Source: an uncultured Candidatus Saccharibacteria bacterium (GTDB lineage Bacteria > Patescibacteriota > Saccharimonadia > Saccharimonadales > Saccharimonadaceae). Taken from it: a stretch of 64,000 nucleotides of DNA. Below are positions 1 through 8,550 of this stretch, one piece after another (position 1 is the first letter of the stretch; each line of letters opens with the position of its first letter). The translations under genes were made by a program, and so were the position numbers. The notes beneath the pieces are model-generated. The model searched no databases. It saw only the letters and a list, made by a program, of their open reading frames with translations, and was not told the origin of the DNA. Where the stretch lies: assembly GCA_964593465.1 (NCBI GenBank), contig CAZQJY010000001.1, forward strand, positions 74,480 to 138,479, in the 5' to 3' direction.

Positions 1-300
1 TCCACCTCCCACCCGAGAAGTCTCTCACCTCTTCTCCTACCGGTGGCGCAAGCAAAAATAACGACGTAGCCGCTCCCGTTACCCTCCTTGCAATATGTGT
101 ATTTTATTGACTTACTACATATGTAGTGTCTACGTACAATGATAGACCCTATATATGTGGGTTTCAAGCCTTTTATGCGATTTTGTATGGGTAATTTTCA
201 CCACACGGCATCCCGCCTCTGTTATATATTACCTAGTGTCTTGTTTTGTTTTTACAACGCTATATGTAGCGTTTATGATTATGAATGTAATATAATTGTA

Positions 301-329
301 TTGACTTTTTAGATATTTTATGGTAATAT
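301..329 (+). promoter_or_regulatory. sigma70-type promoter of the 363..590 gene
   Basis: TTGACT (301-306), 17-nt spacer ending in TGG, TAATAT (324-329). Confidence 0.6.
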
Positions 330-362
330 GAAAGCATCCCCAACAAGAAGGAGAGGGAGTAC

Positions 363-590
363 ATGAAGAGCTTCATGTCGAACCCGGTAGGGTTCATCGT
401 GGCGATGATAGTCGTACTGGTACTAGCAGCATCATACATCGACACCATTGTCACCGTTGGTGCAATCGTCATCATCGTGATGGCGATCGGATGGGCGGGT
501 AGAGCCTACCTGGAGCGCAACAAGCGCCGCCGACGCCACGAGAAGGTTGAGCTACGAGAGCGCGAATATCGCGCCCGCCGCGGCCACTAG
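363..590 (+). CDS. small membrane protein (two hydrophobic segments, Arg-rich tail)
   Basis: 75-aa ORF with purine-rich SD (GGAGAGGGAG) and upstream promoter; hydrophobic N-half, basic C-tail. Confidence 0.7.
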   Translation: MKSFMSNPVGFIVAMIVVLVLAASYIDTIVTVGAIVIIVMAIGWAGRAYLERNKRRRRHEKVELREREYRARRGH

Positions 591-675
591 CCTATCTCAC
601 CCAGGGAACCCCTTGGGCTCTGTTGAGTCGCCTACGCGATTCCATTGTCCAAGGGGGTATTTTCATTTTAAGCAA

Positions 676-701
676 GATATCGCTTCGCTCCTCCATTCAC
701 T
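676..701 (-). repeat. dispersed REP-like element, copy 1 (end motif of a ~600-800 hairpin-rich tract)
   Basis: gatatcgcttcgctcctccattcact, similar to 3776, 10195 and 20852; nearby hairpins gagtcgc-ctac-gcgattc and gcgcta-cttcg-tagcgc. Confidence 0.55.
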
Positions 702-801
702 TATAAAAATATGTAAACACATTTTTATTTCGTTCATTGCGCCGAACACTCGGGTTGCGCTACTTCGTAGCGCCCGAGAGTTCGAAGCTCGACTCGGAGA
801 A

Positions 802-839
802 ATAGAATAACCACGACCATCTGGTCGTGGTTATTCTAT
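802..839 (-). terminator. tRNA-Ser(CGA) terminator hairpin
   Basis: perfect 18-bp inverted repeat atagaataaccacgacca / tggtcgtggttattctat abutting the CCA end. Confidence 0.8.
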
Positions 840-929
840 GGCGGAGAGGAAGAGATTCGAACTCTCGGTGGATTTTTAGTCCACACCGCTTTTCGAGAGC
901 GGCACCTTCAACCACTCGGACACCTCTCC
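839..929 (-). tRNA. tRNA-Ser(CGA)
   Basis: GGAGAGG..CCTCTCC acceptor stem, CCGCT-CTCGAAA-AGCGG anticodon arm, long variable arm, GTTCGAATC, encoded CCA. Confidence 0.95.
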
Positions 930-998
930 AGAGTGCACTGAATATTTTAGCATAGATCTCTCGCTCAACAGAACTGCCAGTAAAGGCTATTCACAAAA

Positions 999-1032
999 GA
1001 AAATAACCCCACTGAACCGTGAGGTTATTTTC
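999..1032 (-). terminator. tRNA-Arg terminator
   Basis: gaaaataacc..ggttattttc inverted repeat right after the tRNA 3' end. Confidence 0.7.
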
Positions 1033-1033
1033 A

Positions 1034-1110
1034 TGGTACACCCGACAGGATTTGAACCTATGGCCTTTGGCTCCGCAAGCCAACGCTCTATCCAGCTGAG
1101 CTACGGGTGC
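1034..1110 (-). tRNA. tRNA-Arg(GCG)
   Basis: GCACCCG acceptor stem, TTGGC-TTGCGGA-GCCAA anticodon arm, GGTTCAAATCC T-arm, CCA; 77 nt. Confidence 0.92.
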
Positions 1111-1168
1111 TCAAAAGTGATTTGACACTAGAGGTAATTATATCAAAACTATGCACAGAATACAAGAG

Positions 1169-1780
1169 TTAGAGGCGGAACATTTTGACAAGTTGATCGA
1201 CAAAATCTGGATGCAACTCCTGCATAGGCAAACGCTCGCCCACCAGATCAACTATGTTCTCGCCAGCCTCCACCGGAAAGTATACCTGTAAACTCGGACG
1301 AAAACGTTTTACCGGTATAAACTCTATGAGATTTTCCTTGCCATCGTGCATCACGCCAAAGGCTTTGTACTCAGTAAAATCATATAATCTTTCGTTGGCA
1401 TGCAAGCCTTCGCTATCTAGCCTATAACTCACCATTCGTGGTGGGCGAATATGCATCACCACTATTGCGATAGCCATCACAATCCCCAAAGCAGACACGG
1501 TAAAAGGTGTCTTAAGTACAAAGATGTCGAGCAAGATAATTGCCACTACTGCCACTGCCAATATAGCGTACCAAATTGGACCCTTGTCTGGAGAGATAAA
1601 CTCCTTGGACTGCCACTCCACTTTGCTGGGTGCCAGACGAGTTTTACCACCACGCGCACCGTCCATTTGAACAGGCGCAGCCGCACTACCGATAGATAGC
1701 GTGATATTTGGCGTCTGTCGAACAACGGCAGGCTCAGCTGTATCTGTATCCTCCGACAACTTTGGAGCATCTTGCTTCAT
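1169..1780 (-). CDS. conserved CPR-type membrane protein (DUF5673/PH-like C-terminal domain)
   Basis: W-x-S-x-EF..K..WY then two TM helices and Y-x-L..EG..YDF..Y pattern; start moved to ATG 1780 (TATACT 6 nt upstream). Confidence 0.65.
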   Translation of the reverse strand: MKQDAPKLSEDTDTAEPAVVRQTPNITLSIGSAAAPVQMDGARGGKTRLAPSKVEWQSKEFISPDKGPIWYAILAVAVVAIILLDIFVLKTPFTVSALGIVMAIAIVVMHIRPPRMVSYRLDSEGLHANERLYDFTEYKAFGVMHDGKENLIEFIPVKRFRPSLQVYFPVEAGENIVDLVGERLPMQELHPDFVDQLVKMFRL

Positions 1781-1879
1781 ATTGCTAGTATAGCATGAGC
1801 GTTGTGGGAAATACCAGGAAAAACGATTGTCGAATATAAACCTAGGATGCACATATAGCCATCATGGTCACCGCTATTA

Positions 1880-3672
1880 TTACCTGCTAAAATAGCTCCA
1901 TATACTCGAGAATCCTCTATAGCTTGCTGCCTGCTTCTGAAACCCTGTGTTTGGCGCAAGAGGAAGCACTGGCGTAGTAGTGCCGGGCGCAAGCAGTGGC
2001 ACATCCTTGTCCTGATTGTTGGCATCAACTAGAGTACCCTGCTCGGTGTTTGGCTGATCAATAGATTCGGTCGGGTCAATAGGGTCAGTGGGTTCGATTG
2101 GCTCGACAGCTTTTTCTACGTTGAGTGTAAATGACTCACCAAACCACGTACGCATGTCTAGTGGAATTTCGTCGGTAGCAACTTCCAGTACACCATCGAG
2201 CGCATCGTCAGGAATTGTAATCGTAAATGATGCTATATCATTATTGCTCAACGGCACACGAGCGACCGAACCGTCGCTGAGTGTCGCCAGCTGTACAGGT
2301 ATCGTATATGTTGCACCTGGTCGCACAGGATTTGGCAACTCAGCTGTACGCACCACCCATGTAGGGATAACTACTAGCCCTGGATTTTCTGTCACCACCG
2401 CACATGCTGGTGTAGGATCATGCGGGTCTTGACTACACCCCACCAATTTGCAGGTGCAGAAATTGGTGCATCACTGGTGTTCTCGATCCCAACATCATTA
2501 GCCGCCAAACGGTTTTCTGTTATGACAACATTTGTCGGTGAGCCGCTGGCATTGCTTGTACTACGTACAGCGGCATTCAGGCCAACGATTTCGTTACCAA
2601 GAATCGACACCGCATCCATTGCTCCGATTATGCGAATACCCGTTGTATTGTGCGATATATCTGCAGACGAAAATCCATCACCCTCAATAAGATTGCCTTC
2701 GATATGTAAACGTTCAACACTCTGCCCGACACCCGCAAGTGCAGGCGCTTGGACGGCAATTGCATTTTTCATTCCGTTGATAGCACTAATGTGATTGTTA
2801 GTGATTTCAATATCACTAAACCCACCATTGAGCCTACCGGGCGCAGTCTGTGCTATCGTCACACCACGCCCTATAAAGATATTGTTGTCGATTGTGATTT
2901 TGCCCAAATTTGGACCATTAACAGGGATACCATGCCCGATAAACAGCGACGTCGCCCCAAACGGCCCTTCGTGTAGTGTTGAATTCTGCAAAGTGATATC
3001 GTTGCGCCAATCTTCAAACAACACCCCATTACCACGTGTACCAGAAACCTCTATTTGGCTGAGTGCTGCAGCAGGCTCTGGGAGCGATGCAATACCTGCA
3101 AAATAAATACCGTAATCAGTCGCGCTGTCAGACAAGCCAGTCCCCTTAACCTCAATATTCGAAAGACTTACAGGGTATGTCGTTGGAAAAGGAGTTGTCG
3201 CACCTGAACGTACAAAGATACCAAAACGACCACCTGTGGCATTTTTACGACTAAAATTCTGCAATGTAAAACCCGAAAGATTTATCTCGCCATCGCGGCT
3301 GGTATGAATTCGAATTGTACCATCTTGAGTGTAGCCACCGTTTGTAAGTCCTCCGTCAATAATTGTCTGCCCTTTGCCAGCACCAACAATTGTCAGTGGC
3401 TTACTGATAAGAATCTGTGTCACTGTGTATGTGCCCGCTTCTATAGAAATCGTATCATGCGCCGCAGCAGCATCAACTGCCGTCTGGATGTCACTATACG
3501 CACAGCCACTTGGGCAGACATCGAGTATCGCAGCTCGTGCGGGTGATATTACCTGTAGCAACACAACTACAGCCACAAATCCCGCCACTACCACTGCTGC
3601 GATACTCAGAAACGAGATACTGCCTACTGGAGTGTTCAAACGACGAGGTTGCGAGATGTGAAGGTGGTTCAT
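1880..3672 (-). pseudogene. frameshifted secreted parallel beta-helix (pectin-lyase-like) surface protein with LAPNTG sorting motif
   Basis: ORF 2392..3672 (TM/signal, YSDIQTAVDAA..GTY, beta-helix repeats, NWWG) continues in ORF 1880..2446 (GCSQDP..LAPNTG) after a one-base shift at the C4 run 2438-2441. Confidence 0.7.
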
Positions 3673-3775
3673 TGTTGTGTTTTTGTTTTATGTATTTGTA
3701 GATTCTTATGTTAATAATTAGCATAGATTTGTAAAAAAGTCAAGTGTACAGTTTACATGTGGAAAATGAGAACAG

Positions 3776-3803
3776 GATATCGCTTCGTTGCACTTTGCTC
3801 CGC
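3776..3803 (-). repeat. dispersed REP-like element, copy 2
   Basis: gatatcgcttcgttgcactttgctccgc downstream of tRNA-Ser(GGA). Confidence 0.55.
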
Positions 3804-3835
3804 AAAAGTCAGGCTCTCATCACTTGCATCTCACG

Positions 3836-3875
3836 CATAGAAAAACTACGACCAGATAGTCGTAGTTTTTCTATG
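3836..3875 (-). terminator. tRNA-Ser(GGA) terminator hairpin
   Basis: 17-bp inverted repeat catagaaaaactacgac / gtcgtagtttttctatg. Confidence 0.8.
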
Positions 3876-3963
3876 GCGGAGAGAACAGGATTCGAACCTG
3901 CGAAACGGTTACCCGTTTACACGCTTTCCAAGCGTGCGCCTTCAACCACTCGGCCACCTCTCC
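3874..3963 (-). tRNA. tRNA-Ser(GGA)
   Basis: CACGC-TTGGAAA-GCGTG anticodon arm, long variable arm, GGTTCGAATCC, CCA. Confidence 0.95.
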
Positions 3964-4080
3964 AATAAGTCATCTCTATTCTACCAGAATCATACATCAA
4001 ACAGCGAAAAGTTCATCCTACAACATTTCCATCCCGCTCAAGGTTGCGCCATCTCTGTTTTTCACCCTATAATAGTAAGA

Positions 4081-4869
4081 ATGAAAAAATCGACTCCAGC
4101 ACCAGTCATAGCTTTACACGGACTCACAAAGCGCTACGGCATTGGCGATGCCGAGCAGACGGTGCTAGATGGAATTGATCTCGAAATAAAAAAAGGTGAG
4201 TTTATAGCCATCATGGGCCCGAGCGGCTGTGGCAAAACTACCTTGCTCAATGTACTCGGCTTGCTCGACAAGCCAGATGACGGTGAGTACAAGCTCGACG
4301 GCAAAAACGTCGAACGTCTTAGTAGCGCCAAACGTGCCGAAATCCGTTCGGGGCGTATTGGCTTTGTGTTTCAGAGCTTCAATCTCGTGCCACGTCTTAG
4401 TGTTATCGAAAATGTCGCGTTACCACTCGCCTACACTGGCACATCTCACGTCAAAAGCCTCAAAAAAGCCAGTTCTATGCTCGGCCAATTTCACCTCAAC
4501 GAGCGTGAATACTACATGCCATGGCAGCTTTCTGGCGGGCAAACCCAGCGTGTAGCCATTGCCCGTGCACTAGTCAATGATCCAAGCATCATCCTAGCAG
4601 ACGAACCAACAGGCAACCTTGACAGCAAATCTAGCCACATTATCCTCGAAGAGCTTTCTGATATCCACCGTCGTGGCAACACTATCATCATGGTCACGCA
4701 CAACCCCGACATGACTACCTATGCCGACCGTGTCATCACTATGCTCGACGGACGCATAGATACCGACACCAAGACAACTGTTATCAAAAACAGCCGTTCG
4801 GCAAATAACGTCAAAAAAGTTTCACTTGGTTCGCGCAGTAAAAAACCTACCAAAAAGGAGAAAAAGTAA
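4081..4869 (+). CDS. ABC transporter ATP-binding protein, MacB/LolD family
   Basis: GPSGCGKT Walker A, LSGGQTQRVAIARAL, ILADEPTGNLD; start set at ATG 4081. Confidence 0.92.
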   Translation: MKKSTPAPVIALHGLTKRYGIGDAEQTVLDGIDLEIKKGEFIAIMGPSGCGKTTLLNVLGLLDKPDDGEYKLDGKNVERLSSAKRAEIRSGRIGFVFQSFNLVPRLSVIENVALPLAYTGTSHVKSLKKASSMLGQFHLNEREYYMPWQLSGGQTQRVAIARALVNDPSIILADEPTGNLDSKSSHIILEELSDIHRRGNTIIMVTHNPDMTTYADRVITMLDGRIDTDTKTTVIKNSRSANNVKKVSLGSRSKKPTKKEKK

Positions 4870-6105
4870 ATGCGCCTACTCATTTTTAGCCACATTAGTG
4901 TTGCGCGCGAGTCTCTGCGCCGCAATCGCTTACGCACCATCCTCACTACACTTGGTATCACACTCGGTGTCACCTGTATCACCGTTATCCTAGCGCTTAG
5001 CTTTGGTGCAATTAAACTCATCGATGACCAAGTCGATGCACTTGGTGGCAACATCATGGTGCTTCGTCCGGACAACAACAAGCCTCTACGTGATTTTCGC
5101 GACGCAATTATTCCGCTTGGTGGTGACTCGTTTACTGTGAGCTCACTCACCGAACGCGATTACAAGACAATTGCCGATCTCGACGGAGTAGCAGAAGCAT
5201 CTCCACTAATGTCTGTTGCGGGATCTGTTGCAACAGTCAATGGTAAAAACACTAATGCACCTATCATTGCCACAACCCCCGCGCTTGCAGCCATATCGGA
5301 CCTCAAGATCCAAGATGGACAGTTCATAGACCACGTCACCAACCAAACAACAGCTGTCATCGGTCAACAACTCTCCGTCGACATGTTTGGCACCGACCAA
5401 TCAATTGGCCGCGTATTCAAAATCCGTGGCCAGCAATTCACCGTCATTGGTGTACTCAAGCCAGTCAACGACTCAATTAATTACAACAATATCAATATCA
5501 ACAACGCTGCTATCATTAGCCTCGACAGTGGCAAATCATTCAACCAAGGCATTGCCCAGATCCGCCAGATCAACATCAAAGCCAAAAACCCGGCTCAGAT
5601 TCCCAAGCTGTCTAAGCAGATTACTAAACTCATTCGTGACAACCATGGTGGCGAACACGATTTTAGCCTACTTGTCGGCAAAGAAATATCACAACCAACC
5701 TCCACGCTCTTTACTATTATCAGCATGGTAGCTGCAATCGTTTCGGCCGTATCGCTCATCATCGGTGGTATAGGTATCATGAACATCATGCTAGCAAATG
5801 TAGCTGAACGTACCCGTGAAATCGGCATCCGTAAAGCCGTCGGTGCCAGCGACTACCATATCACCTTCCAGTTCCTCATCGAAGCACTTGTGATGAGTGT
5901 ATCGGGCGGTGTTATTGGTTTTTTGCTTGGCTACGCTATTGCCTTGCTGCTAGGCACATTCCTGCCGTTTAGCCCAGGATTTTCGTGGCAAGTACCTGTT
6001 GCATCCATTGGTACATCTGTTATTGTCGGTGTCCTGTTTGGGCTCTATCCGGCCCTACGTGCGGCACGCAAAAACCCTATCGAAGCATTGCGACAGTATC
6101 ACTAG
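4870..6105 (+). CDS. MacB/FtsX-type ABC transporter permease
   Basis: RTILTTLGI, GGIGIMNIMLANVAERTREIGIRKAVGA, GLYPALRAARKNPIEALR. Confidence 0.92.
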   Translation: MRLLIFSHISVARESLRRNRLRTILTTLGITLGVTCITVILALSFGAIKLIDDQVDALGGNIMVLRPDNNKPLRDFRDAIIPLGGDSFTVSSLTERDYKTIADLDGVAEASPLMSVAGSVATVNGKNTNAPIIATTPALAAISDLKIQDGQFIDHVTNQTTAVIGQQLSVDMFGTDQSIGRVFKIRGQQFTVIGVLKPVNDSINYNNININNAAIISLDSGKSFNQGIAQIRQINIKAKNPAQIPKLSKQITKLIRDNHGGEHDFSLLVGKEISQPTSTLFTIISMVAAIVSAVSLIIGGIGIMNIMLANVAERTREIGIRKAVGASDYHITFQFLIEALVMSVSGGVIGFLLGYAIALLLGTFLPFSPGFSWQVPVASIGTSVIVGVLFGLYPALRAARKNPIEALRQYH

Positions 6106-6148
6106 ATTCGTACATCCATTCACATTATAGTTAAATTGTGATATAATA

Positions 6149-6700
6149 GTGAATAATATGCCTAGAAATCCTAGGTATATACAACAAGAGAGGTCAACGA
6201 TGAGCCTAGCAGAAGCAACCGCGGTAGAAGTCGTGCGTACTGGACGTCTGGCCAAAAGCACCGTCGAGAACCTGGCAACATTCGCTAAGCGTCCGTTCGT
6301 CTTCAGTCATGTCGATAACAAGACACGCATCTTGCTCAACAAGATGCAGACCGCAAGACCCGTAAAACCATCTATCGAAGTATACGACGCGGACGGCAGC
6401 ACTCTGGGTTCCTACGAAAATGATGCCGTCACTATTGCACTTGTCCGAAAGTGCCTCGAAGCAGGTGTGCGAGTACAGTTTATATACTACTGTACTGGAA
6501 TCGGTCTCATCTATACCTGCGACCGCAAGCAGAATGATGACAAAGAGCCCCTGCAAGTCACGACAAAAGACTTAACAGTCTACCCACCAAGTGGCCATGC
6601 ATGGCGACAGCCTCTCAATGACTCACTCGAGTTCACGATCACCGATCTATCGGTGCCCAGCGGTGTAATCTTTCACCTCGAAAGGTACATCACGGAGTAG
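6149..6700 (+). CDS. hypothetical protein
   Basis: 183-aa ORF filling an intergenic gap, TGATATAAT promoter upstream; start may be ATG 6200. Confidence 0.6.
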   Translation: MNNMPRNPRYIQQERSTMSLAEATAVEVVRTGRLAKSTVENLATFAKRPFVFSHVDNKTRILLNKMQTARPVKPSIEVYDADGSTLGSYENDAVTIALVRKCLEAGVRVQFIYYCTGIGLIYTCDRKQNDDKEPLQVTTKDLTVYPPSGHAWRQPLNDSLEFTITDLSVPSGVIFHLERYITE

Positions 6701-6714
6701 TATCGGCCACTCTA

Positions 6715-6767
6715 AGCCCGCCCACCAGCGAGTTGCGAGCCACCTTGGCTCCTCGCTAGGGCGGGCT
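6715..6767. terminator. GC-rich nested hairpin between convergent genes
   Basis: agcccgccc/gggcgggct enclosing agcgag/ctcgct and gagcc/ggctc. Confidence 0.5.
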
Positions 6768-6777
6768 CGTAACTTTT

Positions 6778-7818
6778 CTAGGCTAGTTGTTTTTTGAATT
6801 TCTCTATCAGATCTACAGGCACTGGGTCAACACCATTGAGTACTGCAACATATATACTCACAAAATCTGCCAATATACAGCCCCATAGCATCTGTGCCAG
6901 CGGTGTATCGCCCTGCAAATTCACTACGTGCGACTTTGGTCGCCGTCCACTCAGTAATCTATCGCTCACAGCAAATCGCTTTTGAATGCGTTCGTGCTCA
7001 AAACTACTCACCAAGTCGAACACCGCAAACGGTTTCTCCACCGGATGACTCGTCCACCCCATAAATTCATTGTGGTTAAATTCTGGTAGCTCGTTCCAAA
7101 AAGCCACGTTTTTCGCATTTTCGTTCCAGCTAATTTTCCACTTATACGCTACGGGTGCCATGAGATGCCCTGCATAGAACACTGGTGTTTTACCTACCGC
7201 AAACAATGCAAGTTGTTTGGCAATGTTTTTGTCGGTTGTAATCTCTTTTGCCCAGATAGCTGTTTCGCTTTGCAACCACTCGCCATATCTTGCAATCTCA
7301 TCGTAATATTTTTGATCAATCAGCTCAAAATGTATCAACAACTTCACAAGTCCGCGCAGATTATACAGCATCGCCATACGAGGCTGAATCCCACTCGGCA
7401 ATTCTACCGAAGTAACATTTCGCTCACGAGATTTATCCATCAGCCGTCCACCAGCTGCCAACACAGCAAGCTGTGCACCACGGGCCACAGCATCATCAAA
7501 AGCAGCTAGCGTTTCTTCTGTGTTGCCAGAATAACTACTACATATCACCAATGTATGTTCATCTGCGTAGTGTGGTAATTGATATGTGCGCACCACTTCT
7601 ATCTGAAGTGGTAGCACCTCCTGAAGCCAACTTTTTGCCAGTAATGCAGCCAACGCCGAGCCACCCATACCCGTTACAATCACACGCGCAAGACGACGGT
7701 TATCATGCTCTGGGTACAAAATCTTCGCATCATATTGCGTTTGCTCCCATTCTATTGCCGCCACACCCAGTGCATCCGACGGATCTTTTTGCGCATACAC
7801 TTGCACATCGTCTAACAT
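6778..7818 (-). CDS. bifunctional phosphoglucose/phosphomannose isomerase (SIS domains)
   Basis: GMGGSAL, SSYSGNTEET, KWKISWNENAK, ELPEFNHNE motifs. Confidence 0.9.
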   Translation of the reverse strand: MLDDVQVYAQKDPSDALGVAAIEWEQTQYDAKILYPEHDNRRLARVIVTGMGGSALAALLAKSWLQEVLPLQIEVVRTYQLPHYADEHTLVICSSYSGNTEETLAAFDDAVARGAQLAVLAAGGRLMDKSRERNVTSVELPSGIQPRMAMLYNLRGLVKLLIHFELIDQKYYDEIARYGEWLQSETAIWAKEITTDKNIAKQLALFAVGKTPVFYAGHLMAPVAYKWKISWNENAKNVAFWNELPEFNHNEFMGWTSHPVEKPFAVFDLVSSFEHERIQKRFAVSDRLLSGRRPKSHVVNLQGDTPLAQMLWGCILADFVSIYVAVLNGVDPVPVDLIEKFKKQLA

Positions 7819-7914
7819 ACCACTCCTTTTATTGCTTCGTAGGTAACATATTGCTTATGTCTATATATTCATGATACAGTATTTAGTAAAAGAATTGTAA
7901 CTAAAAGTTTAGAG

Positions 7915-8439
7915 GTGGGCATGAATATTCAACCAGATACAACAACCAATATCAGCGACGACCAAGAATTGGCCAAAGTACTTGCTGGTGTCAACGGCGC
8001 CGCAGATGATGCTGCCGAAGAAGTCCAAGAAGAGCCAGAGGTCACCACGGTACCAGCTCCGGAACCAGAACCAATCGCAATCGCACCGCTACCCGTTGCT
8101 TCACCCGTACCCACCCGAGACAATCTCGAAGATGTCAAATTAGAGGCTATCAATGAGCTTCGCCCGCTCATCGACAAACTTGATCTTCCAGCCGAAGAAA
8201 AGTTCGACACCTATCTTCTCCTTATTCGCTGCACAGACGACAAAGAACTCGTACCCCCGGCACACGAAGTTGCCAAACTCATCGAAGACGAATCTCGTCG
8301 TGCACTCGCGCTTCTCGACATCATCAAAGAAATCGACTACCTTGCGAGCAAAACTCCTGTACCAGAAGAACTCGCTACAGAAACTGGCGCACCGGCAGAG
8401 CTTGGTGGTGATATTTCTATCCCAGCTCCAGAATTCTAG
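7915..8439 (+). CDS. acidic hypothetical protein (Saccharibacteria-type)
   Basis: 174-aa ORF with Pro/Glu-rich linker and helical core LKxxAxxELRPL..EKF..YLLLIR. Confidence 0.7.
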   Translation: MGMNIQPDTTTNISDDQELAKVLAGVNGAADDAAEEVQEEPEVTTVPAPEPEPIAIAPLPVASPVPTRDNLEDVKLEAINELRPLIDKLDLPAEEKFDTYLLLIRCTDDKELVPPAHEVAKLIEDESRRALALLDIIKEIDYLASKTPVPEELATETGAPAELGGDISIPAPEF

Positions 8440-8460
8440 GAACTATCACCGTTGTTCCAA

Positions 8461-8529
8461 CAAAACACCCTGTCGTATACAGGGTGTTTTGATTTGCACA
8501 AAGCAAATACCGCTCATACGAGCGGTATT
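8461..8529. terminator. two back-to-back terminators between convergent genes
   Basis: caaaacaccctgt/acagggtgttttg (8461-8491) and aataccgctc/gagcggtatt (8506-8529). Confidence 0.75.
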
Positions 8530-8550
8530 GTCGAATCCTAGTAACCCAAA

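Noticed and set aside
1-110. Purine-rich minus-strand stretch with AAGGAGG, possible gene start or ncRNA
   Set aside because: Truncated by the window edge; no convincing start codon or fold
547-810. 87-aa ORF
   Set aside because: Lies over the hairpin/repeat tract and tRNA terminator; no SD and no protein-like motif
3934-4080. Extended N-terminus of the ABC ATPase
   Set aside because: Overlaps the tRNA-Ser gene antisense; ATG 4081 has a -10 box 7 nt upstream
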